A DNA stretch of 46,012 bases from an uncultured Clostridia bacterium (GTDB lineage Bacteria > Bacillota > Clostridia > Christensenellales > Pumilibacteraceae): the NCBI GenBank assembly GCA_947589145.1, contig CANQCB010000001.1, positions 1-46,012 on the forward strand, in the 5' to 3' direction. Shown one piece after another: positions 27,111 through 36,949 of the stretch. Under the pieces are notes generated by a model. That model saw nothing but the letters and a program-made list of their open reading frames with translations, was not told the origin of the DNA and did not search any database. The translations under genes and the position numbers were made by a program. Within the stretch, counting starts at the first letter, position 1. Each line of letters starts with the position of its first letter.

Positions 27111-27139
27111 ATTATATCAAACGCCGTCGATTTTAGCAA
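27111..27139 (-). promoter_or_regulatory. promoter TTGCTA-17-TATAAT ending 7 nt before the miaB GTG
   Basis: The minus strand reads TTGCTA (27139-27134), a 17-nt spacer, TATAAT (27116-27111), then AATACAT and the GTG (27103). Confidence 0.5.
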
Positions 27140-27200
27140 GCAAAGACGGGGTTTTATATTTAAGTGAGTAATAATTTTACGCGGGTTTATACTAATATCA

Positions 27201-29072
27201 GTGAAAATTATTCGAAAAATCATACGCGCAACCGCTTTTCTGCTTATTATTGCTGTTTTGACCTGCGTAATTACGCTTTTCATAATCACCGATCCGAACA
27301 TACCTATCAAAGAGTTCGGCGAATTTGACATGACTCCCCTGAACAGGCTTTCGGAAAAATACGATCTATATGATGAAAACGACGAATTTATCAGATCAGT
27401 AACAAAGAATGGAAATCTGAAAATAGAATTCGATAAGCTGAGCGAAGATACAAAAAACGCGTTTATTTCCATTGAAGACGCGCGGTTTTACGAGCACGGA
27501 GCGATCGATATTCAAAGGATAGGCGCCGCCGCTATCAAAGATATTTCAACAAAGAGCGCAAAGGAAGGCGCTTCCACGATAACGCAACAGCTTGTCAAAA
27601 ACACCTACCTCTCCCCGGAAAAGACAATCGCCCGCAAGATAAAAGAAATCAGAATTGCGCGGGCTATCGAACAGAGACTTTCCAAAGACGAAATTCTCGG
27701 ACTGTATCTGAACAGCCTTTATTTCGGTAATAATATTTATGGAATCGAGACTGCGGCACATCGATTTTTCGGAAAATCCGCTTCCGAACTACGCCTCGAT
27801 GAAAGCGCTACTTTGGCGGCAATAATAAATAATCCCGCAAAGTTCGATCCGTTCAAGCACAAAGAAAACACCGAAAACAGAAAAAAACTTGTGCTTCAAC
27901 GCATGCTCGATCTCGGTCATATTACACAAGCAGAATATGACGACGCTTGCGCGGAAACAAAATTTATTGACAGCATGGCAAACGAAAACCTTTTTTACAA
28001 CTATGCGGTCGCTGCCGCAACTCACAATACGGTTAATACAGCCTATAATTCGGATATTCAAAAATCGGTTTTGAGCGCAATAAACGAACTGGTGCATTCG
28101 TCGGACTATACGGTCGCCGCTGTCGTTTTCGACGTAAAAACCGAGAAAATAGTAGCCGCGGCGTCAAACACGTATAAAAATCTTTCGAGTATGAAACGCC
28201 AACCCGGCAGCACAATTAAACCCCTGCTCTGCTATGCGCCCGCGCTCGATAACGGCATTATTACTCCCGTAACGCCGCTTCTGGATGAACCTACGAATTT
28301 CGGCGGATATGCGCCGAGCAACTATCTCGATAAATATTACGGTTGGATATCGGCGGCTGAAAGCCTTTCCCTGTCTCTGAATATTCCCGCGGTCAAACTA
28401 TTGAATATAAACGGAATCGAAAAGTCAAAGTCAACGGCGCAAAAACTCGGAATTGAATTTTCCGCGAAAGACGACGGACTTGCGCTTGCCCTCGGCGGAA
28501 TGGAATACGGAGTGGATTTATGCTCGCTCGGGCGCGCTTATTGCAAGATTGCCGATGGCGGAAAGAATCTTATAAAACCCGAAACCGCTTATTTTATAAA
28601 TAAAATGCTGACCGATTGCGCGAGAAAAGGCACGGCAAAAAAACTTTCGGATATTTCGGATATCGCCGCAAAAACGGGTACGGTAGGAACAAGCAAAGGA
28701 AATACCGACGCATATTGTATCGCTTATAACAGGCGATACGTAACCGTCGCTTGGGCAGGCTCGACCGAAGATTTTTTGCCGAATGATGTGATGGGCGGTA
28801 CGCTCCCCACGGAAATTTGCGCAGAAATAATGAAACGCCCCGAAATGAAAAGCGGAGCGTTTCAAAAACCCAAAACGGTTATCAGTATCGATATCGACGC
28901 CAACGAACTGTATAAAAATCATAAAATAGTGGCGGCGAGATCCACAACGCTGCCCAAAGACAGAGTCAGCGCGGAATTCAGTATTTATAATATGCCCGAT
29001 AAAAAGGCGGATGAGGATCTATTTTTCGGGGATTACGAAGATTTCCGCGTTGTTGACGGCTTCTTCAATTAA
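27201..29072 (+). CDS. class A penicillin-binding protein (GT51 glycosyltransferase plus transpeptidase)
   Basis: N-terminal TM anchor. GT51 motifs 'EDARFYEHGAID', 'GASTITQQLVKN' and 'RKIKEIRIA'. Transpeptidase motifs 'GSTIKP' (SxxK) and 'KTGT'. GTG start with no visible SD. Confidence 0.85.
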   Translation: MKIIRKIIRATAFLLIIAVLTCVITLFIITDPNIPIKEFGEFDMTPLNRLSEKYDLYDENDEFIRSVTKNGNLKIEFDKLSEDTKNAFISIEDARFYEHGAIDIQRIGAAAIKDISTKSAKEGASTITQQLVKNTYLSPEKTIARKIKEIRIARAIEQRLSKDEILGLYLNSLYFGNNIYGIETAAHRFFGKSASELRLDESATLAAIINNPAKFDPFKHKENTENRKKLVLQRMLDLGHITQAEYDDACAETKFIDSMANENLFYNYAVAAATHNTVNTAYNSDIQKSVLSAINELVHSSDYTVAAVVFDVKTEKIVAAASNTYKNLSSMKRQPGSTIKPLLCYAPALDNGIITPVTPLLDEPTNFGGYAPSNYLDKYYGWISAAESLSLSLNIPAVKLLNINGIEKSKSTAQKLGIEFSAKDDGLALALGGMEYGVDLCSLGRAYCKIADGGKNLIKPETAYFINKMLTDCARKGTAKKLSDISDIAAKTGTVGTSKGNTDAYCIAYNRRYVTVAWAGSTEDFLPNDVMGGTLPTEICAEIMKRPEMKSGAFQKPKTVISIDIDANELYKNHKIVAARSTTLPKDRVSAEFSIYNMPDKKADEDLFFGDYEDFRVVDGFFN

Positions 29073-30185
29073 ATCCTCGTAATTTACTATTTTTGCCTCG
29101 TTGGCTTCTGCTCGGCGAATAGTAGGCTTCGTCACGGGACTGTCGGGCAAAAAGACGGTACAACAATCCTCGAAAGGCTGAATGGAAATTTCGTATGTCC
29201 CGATTTTTTTTGCCATATCTATAATATCGATTTTATCAAACCCGATCAGCGGACGGAATACGGGAGTATGCTTAACAACCGAGTTTGTTACGATAATACT
29301 TTCCATAGTCTGACTTGCGACCTGCCCTAAATCTTCGCCGTTTATTATGCATTGACAGCCTTTTGCCTCTGCAATTTTCTCGGCTATTCTCATCATGGCG
29401 CGCCGCACCAAAGTTATCATATAATTGGATTCTGCGTGAGCGTGAATTGCCTCTTGCACCTTTGTAAAAGGAACTACGATAACCTCCGTTTTACCCGTGA
29501 AATCGGACAGAACTTTCGCAAGATCGAGAACTTTTTGCCGCGCTTCGAGGCTCGTATACGGATACGACCAGAAGTGTAACGCAGTGAGTTTCAAGCCGCG
29601 TTTTGCCATCATATACGTGGATACGGGGCTGTCTATACCGCCAGAGAGCAAAGTAAGACCGCGACCTGCGCTGCCTATCGGCATTCCGCCGGCGCCGCTT
29701 ACGCTTTCGGAATATACGTAAGCGGTATTTCCGTCGCGAACGTCGATATAAACGACGGACTTGGGCGCGTGTAAATCTACTTCGAGATCGGAATTATATT
29801 CCAATAATCTGCCGCCGATTTCCGCGGAGAGTTGCACGGAAGTATACGGGAGCGTTTTATCCGCGCGATTGACCGTAACGCGGAAAGTGCCGTTTTTCGG
29901 ACAAATGGACTTTGCCGCTTCGGCGATGCTGTCGATTGCCGTGGTGGTTCGCTTTGCCACGCTGAGAGAAAATATGCCGAAAACCTGTCTGAGTTTGTTC
30001 AAAATAACTCTCTCGTGTTCTTGCGAGTAGTCGCATATTACGTATCTGCCGTAAAAAAACTCCGTTCTGCACTCAATGCCGACAAGTTTATTGATTATAT
30101 TCCGTTTCAGTATATTCTCAAAAAACGCTCTGTTTTTGCCTTTTAAGTGAATCTCGCTGTATCTGATTATAATTACGTTATCCAT
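29019..30185 (-). CDS. thiI: tRNA 4-thiouridine synthase ThiI
   Basis: THUMP N-terminus 'IIRYSEIHLKGKNR' and PP-loop 'LLSGGIDSPV'. Confidence 0.92.
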   Translation of the reverse strand: MDNVIIIRYSEIHLKGKNRAFFENILKRNIINKLVGIECRTEFFYGRYVICDYSQEHERVILNKLRQVFGIFSLSVAKRTTTAIDSIAEAAKSICPKNGTFRVTVNRADKTLPYTSVQLSAEIGGRLLEYNSDLEVDLHAPKSVVYIDVRDGNTAYVYSESVSGAGGMPIGSAGRGLTLLSGGIDSPVSTYMMAKRGLKLTALHFWSYPYTSLEARQKVLDLAKVLSDFTGKTEVIVVPFTKVQEAIHAHAESNYMITLVRRAMMRIAEKIAEAKGCQCIINGEDLGQVASQTMESIIVTNSVVKHTPVFRPLIGFDKIDIIDMAKKIGTYEISIQPFEDCCTVFLPDSPVTKPTIRRAEANEAKIVNYEDLIEEAVNNAEIFVIPEK

Positions 30186-31314
30186 TAATGACTTTCCTCA
30201 ATTTTTCCGCCGCTTCCGCTATAACGCCTGCGGCATATTTCACTTCTTCGAAAGTGGTTTTCGGTGAAAAACTTATCCTGATACTCCCTTCCGAATAATT
30301 ACGCGGTACGCCCATGGCTTCAAGCACGCGGTTTGACTTTATGTGCGAAGAACAAGCCGAACCGAGCCCGACAAGCACACCTTTTTCTTCTGCCATGTGA
30401 GCGATAACCTCTCCGCGTAAATTTTTGAAAGACAGCGACAGAATATAACCCGTATTATCGCACTCGCCGTTTATTCTGATCCAATCTTTGCCGCCGAATT
30501 TTTCAATAAGATACCGTCTCATCGCGTTGCCGTCAAACTTGTCGGCACATTCCTTATACAAAACCGCCGCTTTTGCAAATCCTATGATACCGCCGACGTT
30601 CTCCGTCCCCGCACGTCTCCCGTCTTGTTGCCCTCCGCCGACGATAAAAGACGGAATATTAAACCCTTTTCTGACGTACAGAGCCCCGACGCCCTTCATA
30701 CCGCCGACTTTATGCGCGCTCACGCTATATAAGTCCACGCCTATTCTTTTCATGTCCGTCGCGATTTTGCAAAATGCCTGCACTCCGTCCGAATGAAAAA
30801 CGCACTTCGGGCTTTTTTCTTTTGCCGCCGCGCAAAGAACAGCAATATCGTTCACCGCGCCCGTTTCATTCGAGCAATGTATTACGGAAACAAAAGACGT
30901 ATTTTCGTCCATCGTATCAAGTAGGGTTTTTTCCGTGACGCGCCCGTTTTCGAGGGGTATAAATCGCACGTCCATTCCGCGACTTTTGAGACGCATGGCG
31001 CTCTCATAAACCGAGGCATGCTCCATTGACGACACTACTACGTTTCCTTTTTTATTGCGTATTCCGCATTCGAACGCCGTATTGTTGCTCTCGGTCGCGC
31101 ATGAAGTAAATATTATTTCGCCACGCTCCGCGCCAAGTAGGCTTGCGATGTTTTCGGTTGCTTCCGCAAGATCTTTTTTGACTTCCAAAGACTTCGCATA
31201 CCCTGCGGACGGATTGTAAAATAAATCCGCTCCGTATTCGGCCATACAATCGACAGCGATTTTTTCCGCACAGGTGGTTGCGGCATTATCGAGATAAACA
31301 GGTTTAGGAAACAT
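30178..31314 (-). CDS. cysteine desulfurase (NifS/IscS class, ThiI partner)
   Basis: 'VYLDNAATT', PLP-Lys 'SAHKVGGMKG', and active-site loop 'GSACSS'. I chose the ATG at 31314 (GGAG 8 nt upstream). The ATG at 31320 is also possible. Confidence 0.85.
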   Translation of the reverse strand: MFPKPVYLDNAATTCAEKIAVDCMAEYGADLFYNPSAGYAKSLEVKKDLAEATENIASLLGAERGEIIFTSCATESNNTAFECGIRNKKGNVVVSSMEHASVYESAMRLKSRGMDVRFIPLENGRVTEKTLLDTMDENTSFVSVIHCSNETGAVNDIAVLCAAAKEKSPKCVFHSDGVQAFCKIATDMKRIGVDLYSVSAHKVGGMKGVGALYVRKGFNIPSFIVGGGQQDGRRAGTENVGGIIGFAKAAVLYKECADKFDGNAMRRYLIEKFGGKDWIRINGECDNTGYILSLSFKNLRGEVIAHMAEEKGVLVGLGSACSSHIKSNRVLEAMGVPRNYSEGSIRISFSPKTTFEEVKYAAGVIAEAAEKLRKVING

Positions 31315-32419
31315 ATTCATCGCTCCGTCTGAATTCTTCCGCAAAGTCGAGGAAACGGTCTTCCATAATAGCCGCGCGTATTCTCGACATAAGATTTGCA
31401 AGGTAAGTTATATTGTGCAGGGATAGCATTCTGCCGCCCAAAATTTCATCCGACAAAACGAGATGACGCAAATATGACTTGCTGAAATTTCGGCAACAAT
31501 AACAATCGCAATTCTCGTCCAACCGAGAAAAATCTTCCCTGTATTTCAAATTTCTTATATTTACTTTGCCGTGAGAAGTAAACGCCGTTCCGTTTCGCGC
31601 CGTGCGGGTCGGAAGAACGCAGTCAAACATATCAATGCCGCGGAGAACGCCCTCTACGAGACAATCCGGACTGCCCACGCCCATAAGATAATGCGGCATG
31701 TTTTCGGGAAGTTCCGATTGCATGACATCGAGAATATGATACATGGTTTCTTTCTCTTCTCCCACCGATAATCCCCCGATTGCTATACCGCACTCGGCAT
31801 ATTCCTTGGAAATTGCGAGAGACTCGCGGCGAAGGTCATCGAACATATTTCCCTGAACAATGGGAAAAAGCATTTGCCTTTCGTTTTTATGATGATCGTA
31901 GCACCTTTTGAGCCACTCCGCCGTAATTCGCATAGCGTCCTCGGCTTCCACTTTCGTCACACCCGCTTTCGAGCATACGTCAAACGCCATAATAATATCC
32001 GCACCCAACGCATTTTGAATGTCGATCGCGCTTTCGGGCGTGAATTGCATAAGTTTGCCGTCTATGTGAGAATTAAAACTTACTCCGTCTTTGGTAATTT
32101 TGCGGAGTTTTGCGAGGGAAAAGACCTGAAATCCGCCGCTGTCAGTCAGAATAGGTTTGTTCCAAGCCATAAATTTATGCAAACCGCCCGCTTTTTTAAT
32201 TAATTCCTCGCCCGGACGAAGATGTAAATGATAAGTGTTTGACAGTATGATTTGCGCGCCGGATTTTTTAATTTCTTCGGGAGACAATGACTTGACCGTA
32301 GCGCGAGTACCGACAGGCATAAAAACGGGCGTCAGAATTTTCCCGTGCGGAGTCGTCAATTCTCCGACGCGCGCCCCGCTCTGCGCGCAAGTATGAATGA
32401 TTTTGTATGAAAATTTCAT
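31304..32419 (-). CDS. tgt: queuine tRNA-ribosyltransferase
   Basis: 'LTDSGGFQVFS', 'DCVLPTRTARNG', and Zn site 'CDCYCC..H'. Confidence 0.95.
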   Translation of the reverse strand: MKFSYKIIHTCAQSGARVGELTTPHGKILTPVFMPVGTRATVKSLSPEEIKKSGAQIILSNTYHLHLRPGEELIKKAGGLHKFMAWNKPILTDSGGFQVFSLAKLRKITKDGVSFNSHIDGKLMQFTPESAIDIQNALGADIIMAFDVCSKAGVTKVEAEDAMRITAEWLKRCYDHHKNERQMLFPIVQGNMFDDLRRESLAISKEYAECGIAIGGLSVGEEKETMYHILDVMQSELPENMPHYLMGVGSPDCLVEGVLRGIDMFDCVLPTRTARNGTAFTSHGKVNIRNLKYREDFSRLDENCDCYCCRNFSKSYLRHLVLSDEILGGRMLSLHNITYLANLMSRIRAAIMEDRFLDFAEEFRRSDEYVS

Positions 32420-32492
32420 CTGTTAAACAAAAATAATATTATATGAAACGATAATTATCGAAAATATAATCGAAACGCCACGCAAATGCCAA

Positions 32493-33515
32493 TCAGAAAA
32501 AATAACAGGCGTCGCCGAAACTGAAAAATCTATACTTTGATTTTACCGCTTCTCTATACACGGCGAGAGTTTCTTCTTTACCGCAAAAAGCCGAAACCAA
32601 CATTATCAACGTAGATTCGGGAAGATGGAAGTTTGTGATCAACGCGTCGACCGCCTTGAATTTATACGGCGGATAAATGAAAATACTCGTTTCTCCGCAA
32701 GATTCCTCAAATAATCCGTTATCTTTAATTGCACTTTCAAGTACTCTGACAGACGTAGTACCAACGCAAATTACGCGTTTTTTCGCCAAAATTGCACGAT
32801 TAAGACTTTTTGCCGCGCTTTCGGTGATTTGCCAATATTCGCTGTGCATTTTATGCTCTTCTATGCTTTCAACCTGAACGGGACGGAAAGTTCCGAGTCC
32901 GACATGCAAAAGAACTTTTATGATCTCCACCCCTTTCTCTTGTATTTTATCAAGAAGTTCGGGGGTAAAATGCAATCCCGCGGTCGGTGCGGCACACGAG
33001 CCGTCGTGTTTGGCATATACGGTCTGATAGCGTGAACTGTCTTTTAACTTTTCATGAATATAAGGAGGAAGCGGAGCTTGTCCGATTTCGGAAAGTATGC
33101 TTTCAAATACTCCGTCAAACGCGAATCTTACGGTGCGCTCCCCCATATCGCCCGCGTCTGTAACGGTACACGACAATTTATCGCCAAAAATAAAACGGGA
33201 ACCGATTTTTGCCTTTTTTGCAGGCTTGCAAAGTACTTTCCAATCGGTTAAATTGAGACGCTTATGAAGCAAAAACTCAACCTTGCCGCCCGTTCCTTGC
33301 AGCGCTCCGAAAATTCTTGCCGGAATTACCTTCGTGTCGTTGACGATAAGTACGTCGTTCTCGGTCAAATAATCAACAATATCGTAAAAATGTTTATGCT
33401 CTATTTGTTTGGTCGCCCGATTGTACACAAGAAGCCTCGACGCGTCGCGAGGTTCTATGGGAGTTTGCGCTATTAAAGATTCGGGTAAATCGTAGTAAAA
33501 ATCCGATGTTTTCAT
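32493..33515 (-). CDS. queA: S-adenosylmethionine:tRNA ribosyltransferase-isomerase
   Basis: 'FYYDLPESLIAQTPIEPRDASRLLV' and 'TAGLHFT'. Confidence 0.95.
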   Translation of the reverse strand: MKTSDFYYDLPESLIAQTPIEPRDASRLLVYNRATKQIEHKHFYDIVDYLTENDVLIVNDTKVIPARIFGALQGTGGKVEFLLHKRLNLTDWKVLCKPAKKAKIGSRFIFGDKLSCTVTDAGDMGERTVRFAFDGVFESILSEIGQAPLPPYIHEKLKDSSRYQTVYAKHDGSCAAPTAGLHFTPELLDKIQEKGVEIIKVLLHVGLGTFRPVQVESIEEHKMHSEYWQITESAAKSLNRAILAKKRVICVGTTSVRVLESAIKDNGLFEESCGETSIFIYPPYKFKAVDALITNFHLPESTLIMLVSAFCGKEETLAVYREAVKSKYRFFSFGDACYFF

Positions 33516-33519
33516 AAAA

Positions 33520-34527
33520 TCAGTTTTGTTCGGGCGGAGTCAGTCCAAGATGAATATACGCTTGCGGCATAGCTATCCTGCCCCTCGGCGTGCGCGATAC
33601 AAAGCCGAGCTGAATTAAATACGGCTCTATAACGTCCTCTATCGTCCCCGCGTCCTCATTTGTCGCCGCCGCAAGAGTATCTATTCCGACAGGCTTTCCG
33701 CAAAATTTGACCGTAAGCGCTTCCAATATTGCTCGGTCTATGTCGTCAAGACCCAAAGAATCAACGCCTATGCAGGAGAGCGCTTTATCCGCAATTTCCT
33801 TCGTGATCTTCCCGTCTCCCATTATTTGCGCAAAATCACGAACGCGTTTGACCAACCTGTTGGCAAGTCGCGGCGTACCTCTTGAACGCTTTGACAATTC
33901 GAGACACGCGTCGTCGTCTATATCCACGCTAAGTATACTTGCCGAACGCTTTATTATCATTTCGAGATCGTCGAAAGAATACGGCTCCAAACGGCAAATG
34001 ACCCCGAATCTGTCACGCATGGGACCGGTAAGCATACCCGTACGCGTAGTCGCTCCGACAAGCGTAAATCTGTTAATCGGAAGCTTTATTGTTCGCGCGC
34101 CCGGTCCCTTGCCTTGAACTATGTCCAAAGTAAAGTCTTCCATGGCGGAATACAGAGCCTCTTCGACGGTCTTGTTTACTCTGTGGATCTCATCGATAAA
34201 AAGCACGTCGCCCGGCTCTATTCCCGTTAAAATAGATACTATGTCTAACATAGAACTAAGGGCAGGACCGCTGATTACCTTAATATCCGCGCCCATTTCA
34301 TTCGCTATAATGTGAGCGATTGTAGTTTTGCCCAACCCGGGAGGGCCGTAAAGCAAGACATGATCGAGCGTTTCTCCGCGCTGTTTTGCCGCATTTATAA
34401 AGACTTCGAGATTACTTTTGACCTTGCCCTGTCCTATGTAATCGGTAAACGATTTCGGTCGCAATGTCAAATCGAGTTCGCTGTCAAGTTGAATTTTCGT
34501 ACTTGTTATAAATCTCTCTCCGTCCAT
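33520..34527 (-). CDS. ruvB: Holliday junction branch-migration ATPase RuvB
   Basis: 'LRPKSFTDYIGQ', Walker A 'GPPGLGKTT', and 'LFIDEIHR'. Confidence 0.95.
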   Translation of the reverse strand: MDGERFITSTKIQLDSELDLTLRPKSFTDYIGQGKVKSNLEVFINAAKQRGETLDHVLLYGPPGLGKTTIAHIIANEMGADIKVISGPALSSMLDIVSILTGIEPGDVLFIDEIHRVNKTVEEALYSAMEDFTLDIVQGKGPGARTIKLPINRFTLVGATTRTGMLTGPMRDRFGVICRLEPYSFDDLEMIIKRSASILSVDIDDDACLELSKRSRGTPRLANRLVKRVRDFAQIMGDGKITKEIADKALSCIGVDSLGLDDIDRAILEALTVKFCGKPVGIDTLAAATNEDAGTIEDVIEPYLIQLGFVSRTPRGRIAMPQAYIHLGLTPPEQN

Positions 34528-34529
34528 AA

Positions 34530-35108
34530 TTACCTACCGAGTGCCTTATGCACTATTTGATTTACCGTCATATCTTCGGAGAAAACCTCCGAAACGGCTT
34601 TGATAGCCGCTTCACGCTTATATCCGAGCGCGACAAGCACCATTGCCGCTTCTTCCGCTTTACCCGTCAATTCGGTTTCGAGCGGCGTCTCTACCGTACC
34701 TTCGAAGTCCGCGCTGAGTTTGTCTTTTAACTCGATAACAATACGCTCCGCCGTTTTTTTACCGATACCCTTAATTCCGCTGAGCGCCGAAGAATTTCCC
34801 GAAACTATATTCAACGCAAGATCTCGAAGTTTCATTCCCCCGAGAATAGTAAGCGCAAGTTTCGGACCTATGCCGCCGACAGACTTCAAACTTATAAATA
34901 ATTTTTTTTCCGCTTTGTCCGCAAAGCCGAAAAGACTCATTTCATCCTCTTTTACATTGAGAAATGTATAAAGGGTTTTTACCTCGCCGACGCGGCACGA
35001 TTCCAACGTCGACATAGACACATAAATTTCATATCCGACGCCGCCTACATCGAGCACAACGACGTTTTCGGAAACCTCGGTTACCGTACCTTTTATATAT
35101 GCGTACAT
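34530..35108 (-). CDS. ruvA: Holliday junction DNA helicase RuvA
   Basis: 'MYAYIKGTV...GGVGYEI' and HhH 'IKGIGKKTAERI'. The ATG at 35108 overlaps the ruvC stop (TAATG). Confidence 0.92.
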   Translation of the reverse strand: MYAYIKGTVTEVSENVVVLDVGGVGYEIYVSMSTLESCRVGEVKTLYTFLNVKEDEMSLFGFADKAEKKLFISLKSVGGIGPKLALTILGGMKLRDLALNIVSGNSSALSGIKGIGKKTAERIVIELKDKLSADFEGTVETPLETELTGKAEEAAMVLVALGYKREAAIKAVSEVFSEDMTVNQIVHKALGR

Positions 35109-35599
35109 TATCTGACCTCTCTTTTGGTAGCGCCCGACATATTTGCGTGGCATATTGCCGCCGCCAATGCGTCCGCCGCGTCGTCCGGCTTAGGCGGCGT
35201 TGCGAGACGGAGAACCATTTTCACCATATACTCCATTTGCTGTTTTGTCGCTCTTCCGTTTCCCGTCAATGCCTGTTTGATTTGAAGCGGAGTGTATTCG
35301 TATAAACTACCGCAGGATTTAATGGCGTTCAGAATCATAACGCCGCGGGCGTGAGCGACTTTTATTCCGGTAGTGATATTGGTATTGAAAAACAATTCTT
35401 CCACCGAAACGCAATCGGGACGGAATTTTTCCATAATCGCAGTCATGGCGTCGTCGATCATGGCAAGTCTGACGGCAATGGTCTCGCTCGGGGGCGTAGA
35501 TATAACGCCGTAGTCCACGGCAGACAAACCCTTTTCGGTTTTTTCTATAACGCCGTAACCTATCGTGGCATATCCCGGATCAAGTCCCAAAATTCTCAA
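35108..35599 (-). CDS. ruvC: crossover junction endodeoxyribonuclease RuvC (TTG start)
   Basis: '(L)RILGLDPGYATIGYGVIE'. A TTG at 35599 lies 9 nt after GGAG. The resulting 163 aa fits the family, and the tracked 189-aa N-terminus is non-homologous. Confidence 0.85.
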   Translation of the reverse strand: MRILGLDPGYATIGYGVIEKTEKGLSAVDYGVISTPPSETIAVRLAMIDDAMTAIMEKFRPDCVSVEELFFNTNITTGIKVAHARGVMILNAIKSCGSLYEYTPLQIKQALTGNGRATKQQMEYMVKMVLRLATPPKPDDAADALAAAICHANMSGATKREVR

Positions 35600-35618
35600 T
35601 CTCTTTTGCTCCAAACAG

Positions 35619-35677
35619 TTGATTATTTTACTGAAATGTATTATATTTAATATATCCGAAAAGAATTGAAAAGTCAA
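35619..35677. promoter_or_regulatory. back-to-back divergent promoters for argG (+) and ruvC (-)
   Basis: Plus strand: TTGATT (35619-35624), 17-nt spacer, TATATT (35642-35647). Minus strand: TTGACT (35677-35672), 17-nt spacer, TATATT (35654-35649). Confidence 0.45.
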
Positions 35678-35700
35678 GTAATTGACTGTAAGGAGTGAAC

Positions 35701-36948
35701 ATGAAAGAAAAGATTATACTTGCGTACTCGGGCGGCCTCGATACGACGGCTATTATCCCTTGGCTCAAAGAAAATTTCGATTATGACGTAGTCTGCGTAT
35801 GCGTTGACTGCGGCCAAGCCGAAGAGCTTGACGGACTTGAAGAACGTGCCCTTTCAACGGGAGCGTGCAAACTGTACATAGAGAACGTCATTGACGAACT
35901 CTGCGACGACTACATAATGCCTTGCGTTAAAGCAGGTGCCGTTTATGAGAACAAATATTTGCTCGGTACTTCCATGGCACGTCCGCTTATCGCAAAACGC
36001 TTGGTGGAAATTGCGCGCAAAGAAGGAGCAACCGCTATCTGCCACGGCGCAACGGGAAAAGGAAATGACCAAATCCGTTTCGAACTCGGCATAAAGGCAC
36101 TCGCACCGGATCTCAAAATAATTGCCGCTTGGAGAAGCGACAAATGGACAATGTCGTCTCGTCAAGAAGAAATCGAATATTGCCGCGCTCACGGTATCAA
36201 CCTGCCCTTCTCCGCTGACACCTCATACAGTCGCGACCGCAATATATGGCACATCAGTCACGAGGGTCTGGAACTCGAAGATCCCGCGAACGCTCCGAAC
36301 TACGACCACCTTCTCGTACTCGGCACAACGCCGGAAAAAGCGCCTGACAAAGAGACCGAAATCACGCTCACTTTCGAAAAAGGCGTGCCTAAGACCCTTA
36401 ACGGAAAGGCTATGAAAGTCAGTGAAATAATTGCCGAACTCAATAAACTCGGCGGTGCAAACGGTATCGGTATCGTCGATATTGTGGAAAACCGTGTTGT
36501 CGGCATGAAATCGCGCGGAGTATACGAAACCCCCGGCGGTACGATACTCATGGCGGCGCACGAGCAACTCGAAGAACTTATTCTCGATAAAGAGACGCTC
36601 GAAATGAAAAAAGATATCGGCAACAAACTCGCGACAATCGTATACGAGGGCAAGTGGTTCACGCCGCTTCGCGAAGCAATTTGCGCCTTTGTTGACGTTA
36701 CGCAGGAATATGTAACGGGCGAAGTCAAACTCAAACTCTACAAGGGAAATATCATAAAGGCAGGAACTACTTCTCCCTACTCTCTTTACAACGAGTCGCT
36801 CGCAAGTTTTACTACGGGGGATCTCTACGATCATCATGACGCGGAAGGCTTTATCACGCTGTTCGGACTTTCCAGTAAAGTTCGCGCGCTTAAAATGCAA
36901 TCGGTAGAAAAATCCGCAAAAAAATGCGGCTGCCGCAAAGGTAAATAA
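35701..36948 (+). CDS. argG: argininosuccinate synthase
   Basis: '[11 protein letters not shown]' and '[14 protein letters not shown]'. AGGAG lies 5 nt before the ATG at 35701. Confidence 0.95.
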   Translation: MKEKIILAYSGGLDTTAIIPWLKENFDYDVVCVCVDCGQAEELDGLEERALSTGACKLYIENVIDELCDDYIMPCVKAGAVYENKYLLGTSMARPLIAKRLVEIARKEGATAICHGATGKGNDQIRFELGIKALAPDLKIIAAWRSDKWTMSSRQEEIEYCRAHGINLPFSADTSYSRDRNIWHISHEGLELEDPANAPNYDHLLVLGTTPEKAPDKETEITLTFEKGVPKTLNGKAMKVSEIIAELNKLGGANGIGIVDIVENRVVGMKSRGVYETPGGTILMAAHEQLEELILDKETLEMKKDIGNKLATIVYEGKWFTPLREAICAFVDVTQEYVTGEVKLKLYKGNIIKAGTTSPYSLYNESLASFTTGDLYDHHDAEGFITLFGLSSKVRALKMQSVEKSAKKCGCRKGK

Positions 36949-36949
36949 A

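Noticed and set aside
27104-27472. 123-codon N-terminal extension of the tracked miaB ORF.
   Set aside because: The extension has no MiaB homology, contains the miaB promoter, and overlaps the divergent PBP gene. The conserved N-terminus begins at the GTG at 27103.
35672-35687. Inverted repeat AGTCAA-GTAA-TTGACT just upstream of the argG SD, considered as an ArgR/AhrC operator.
   Set aside because: The left arm is the -35 (TTGACT) of the divergent ruvC promoter. The sequence does not resemble an ARG box.
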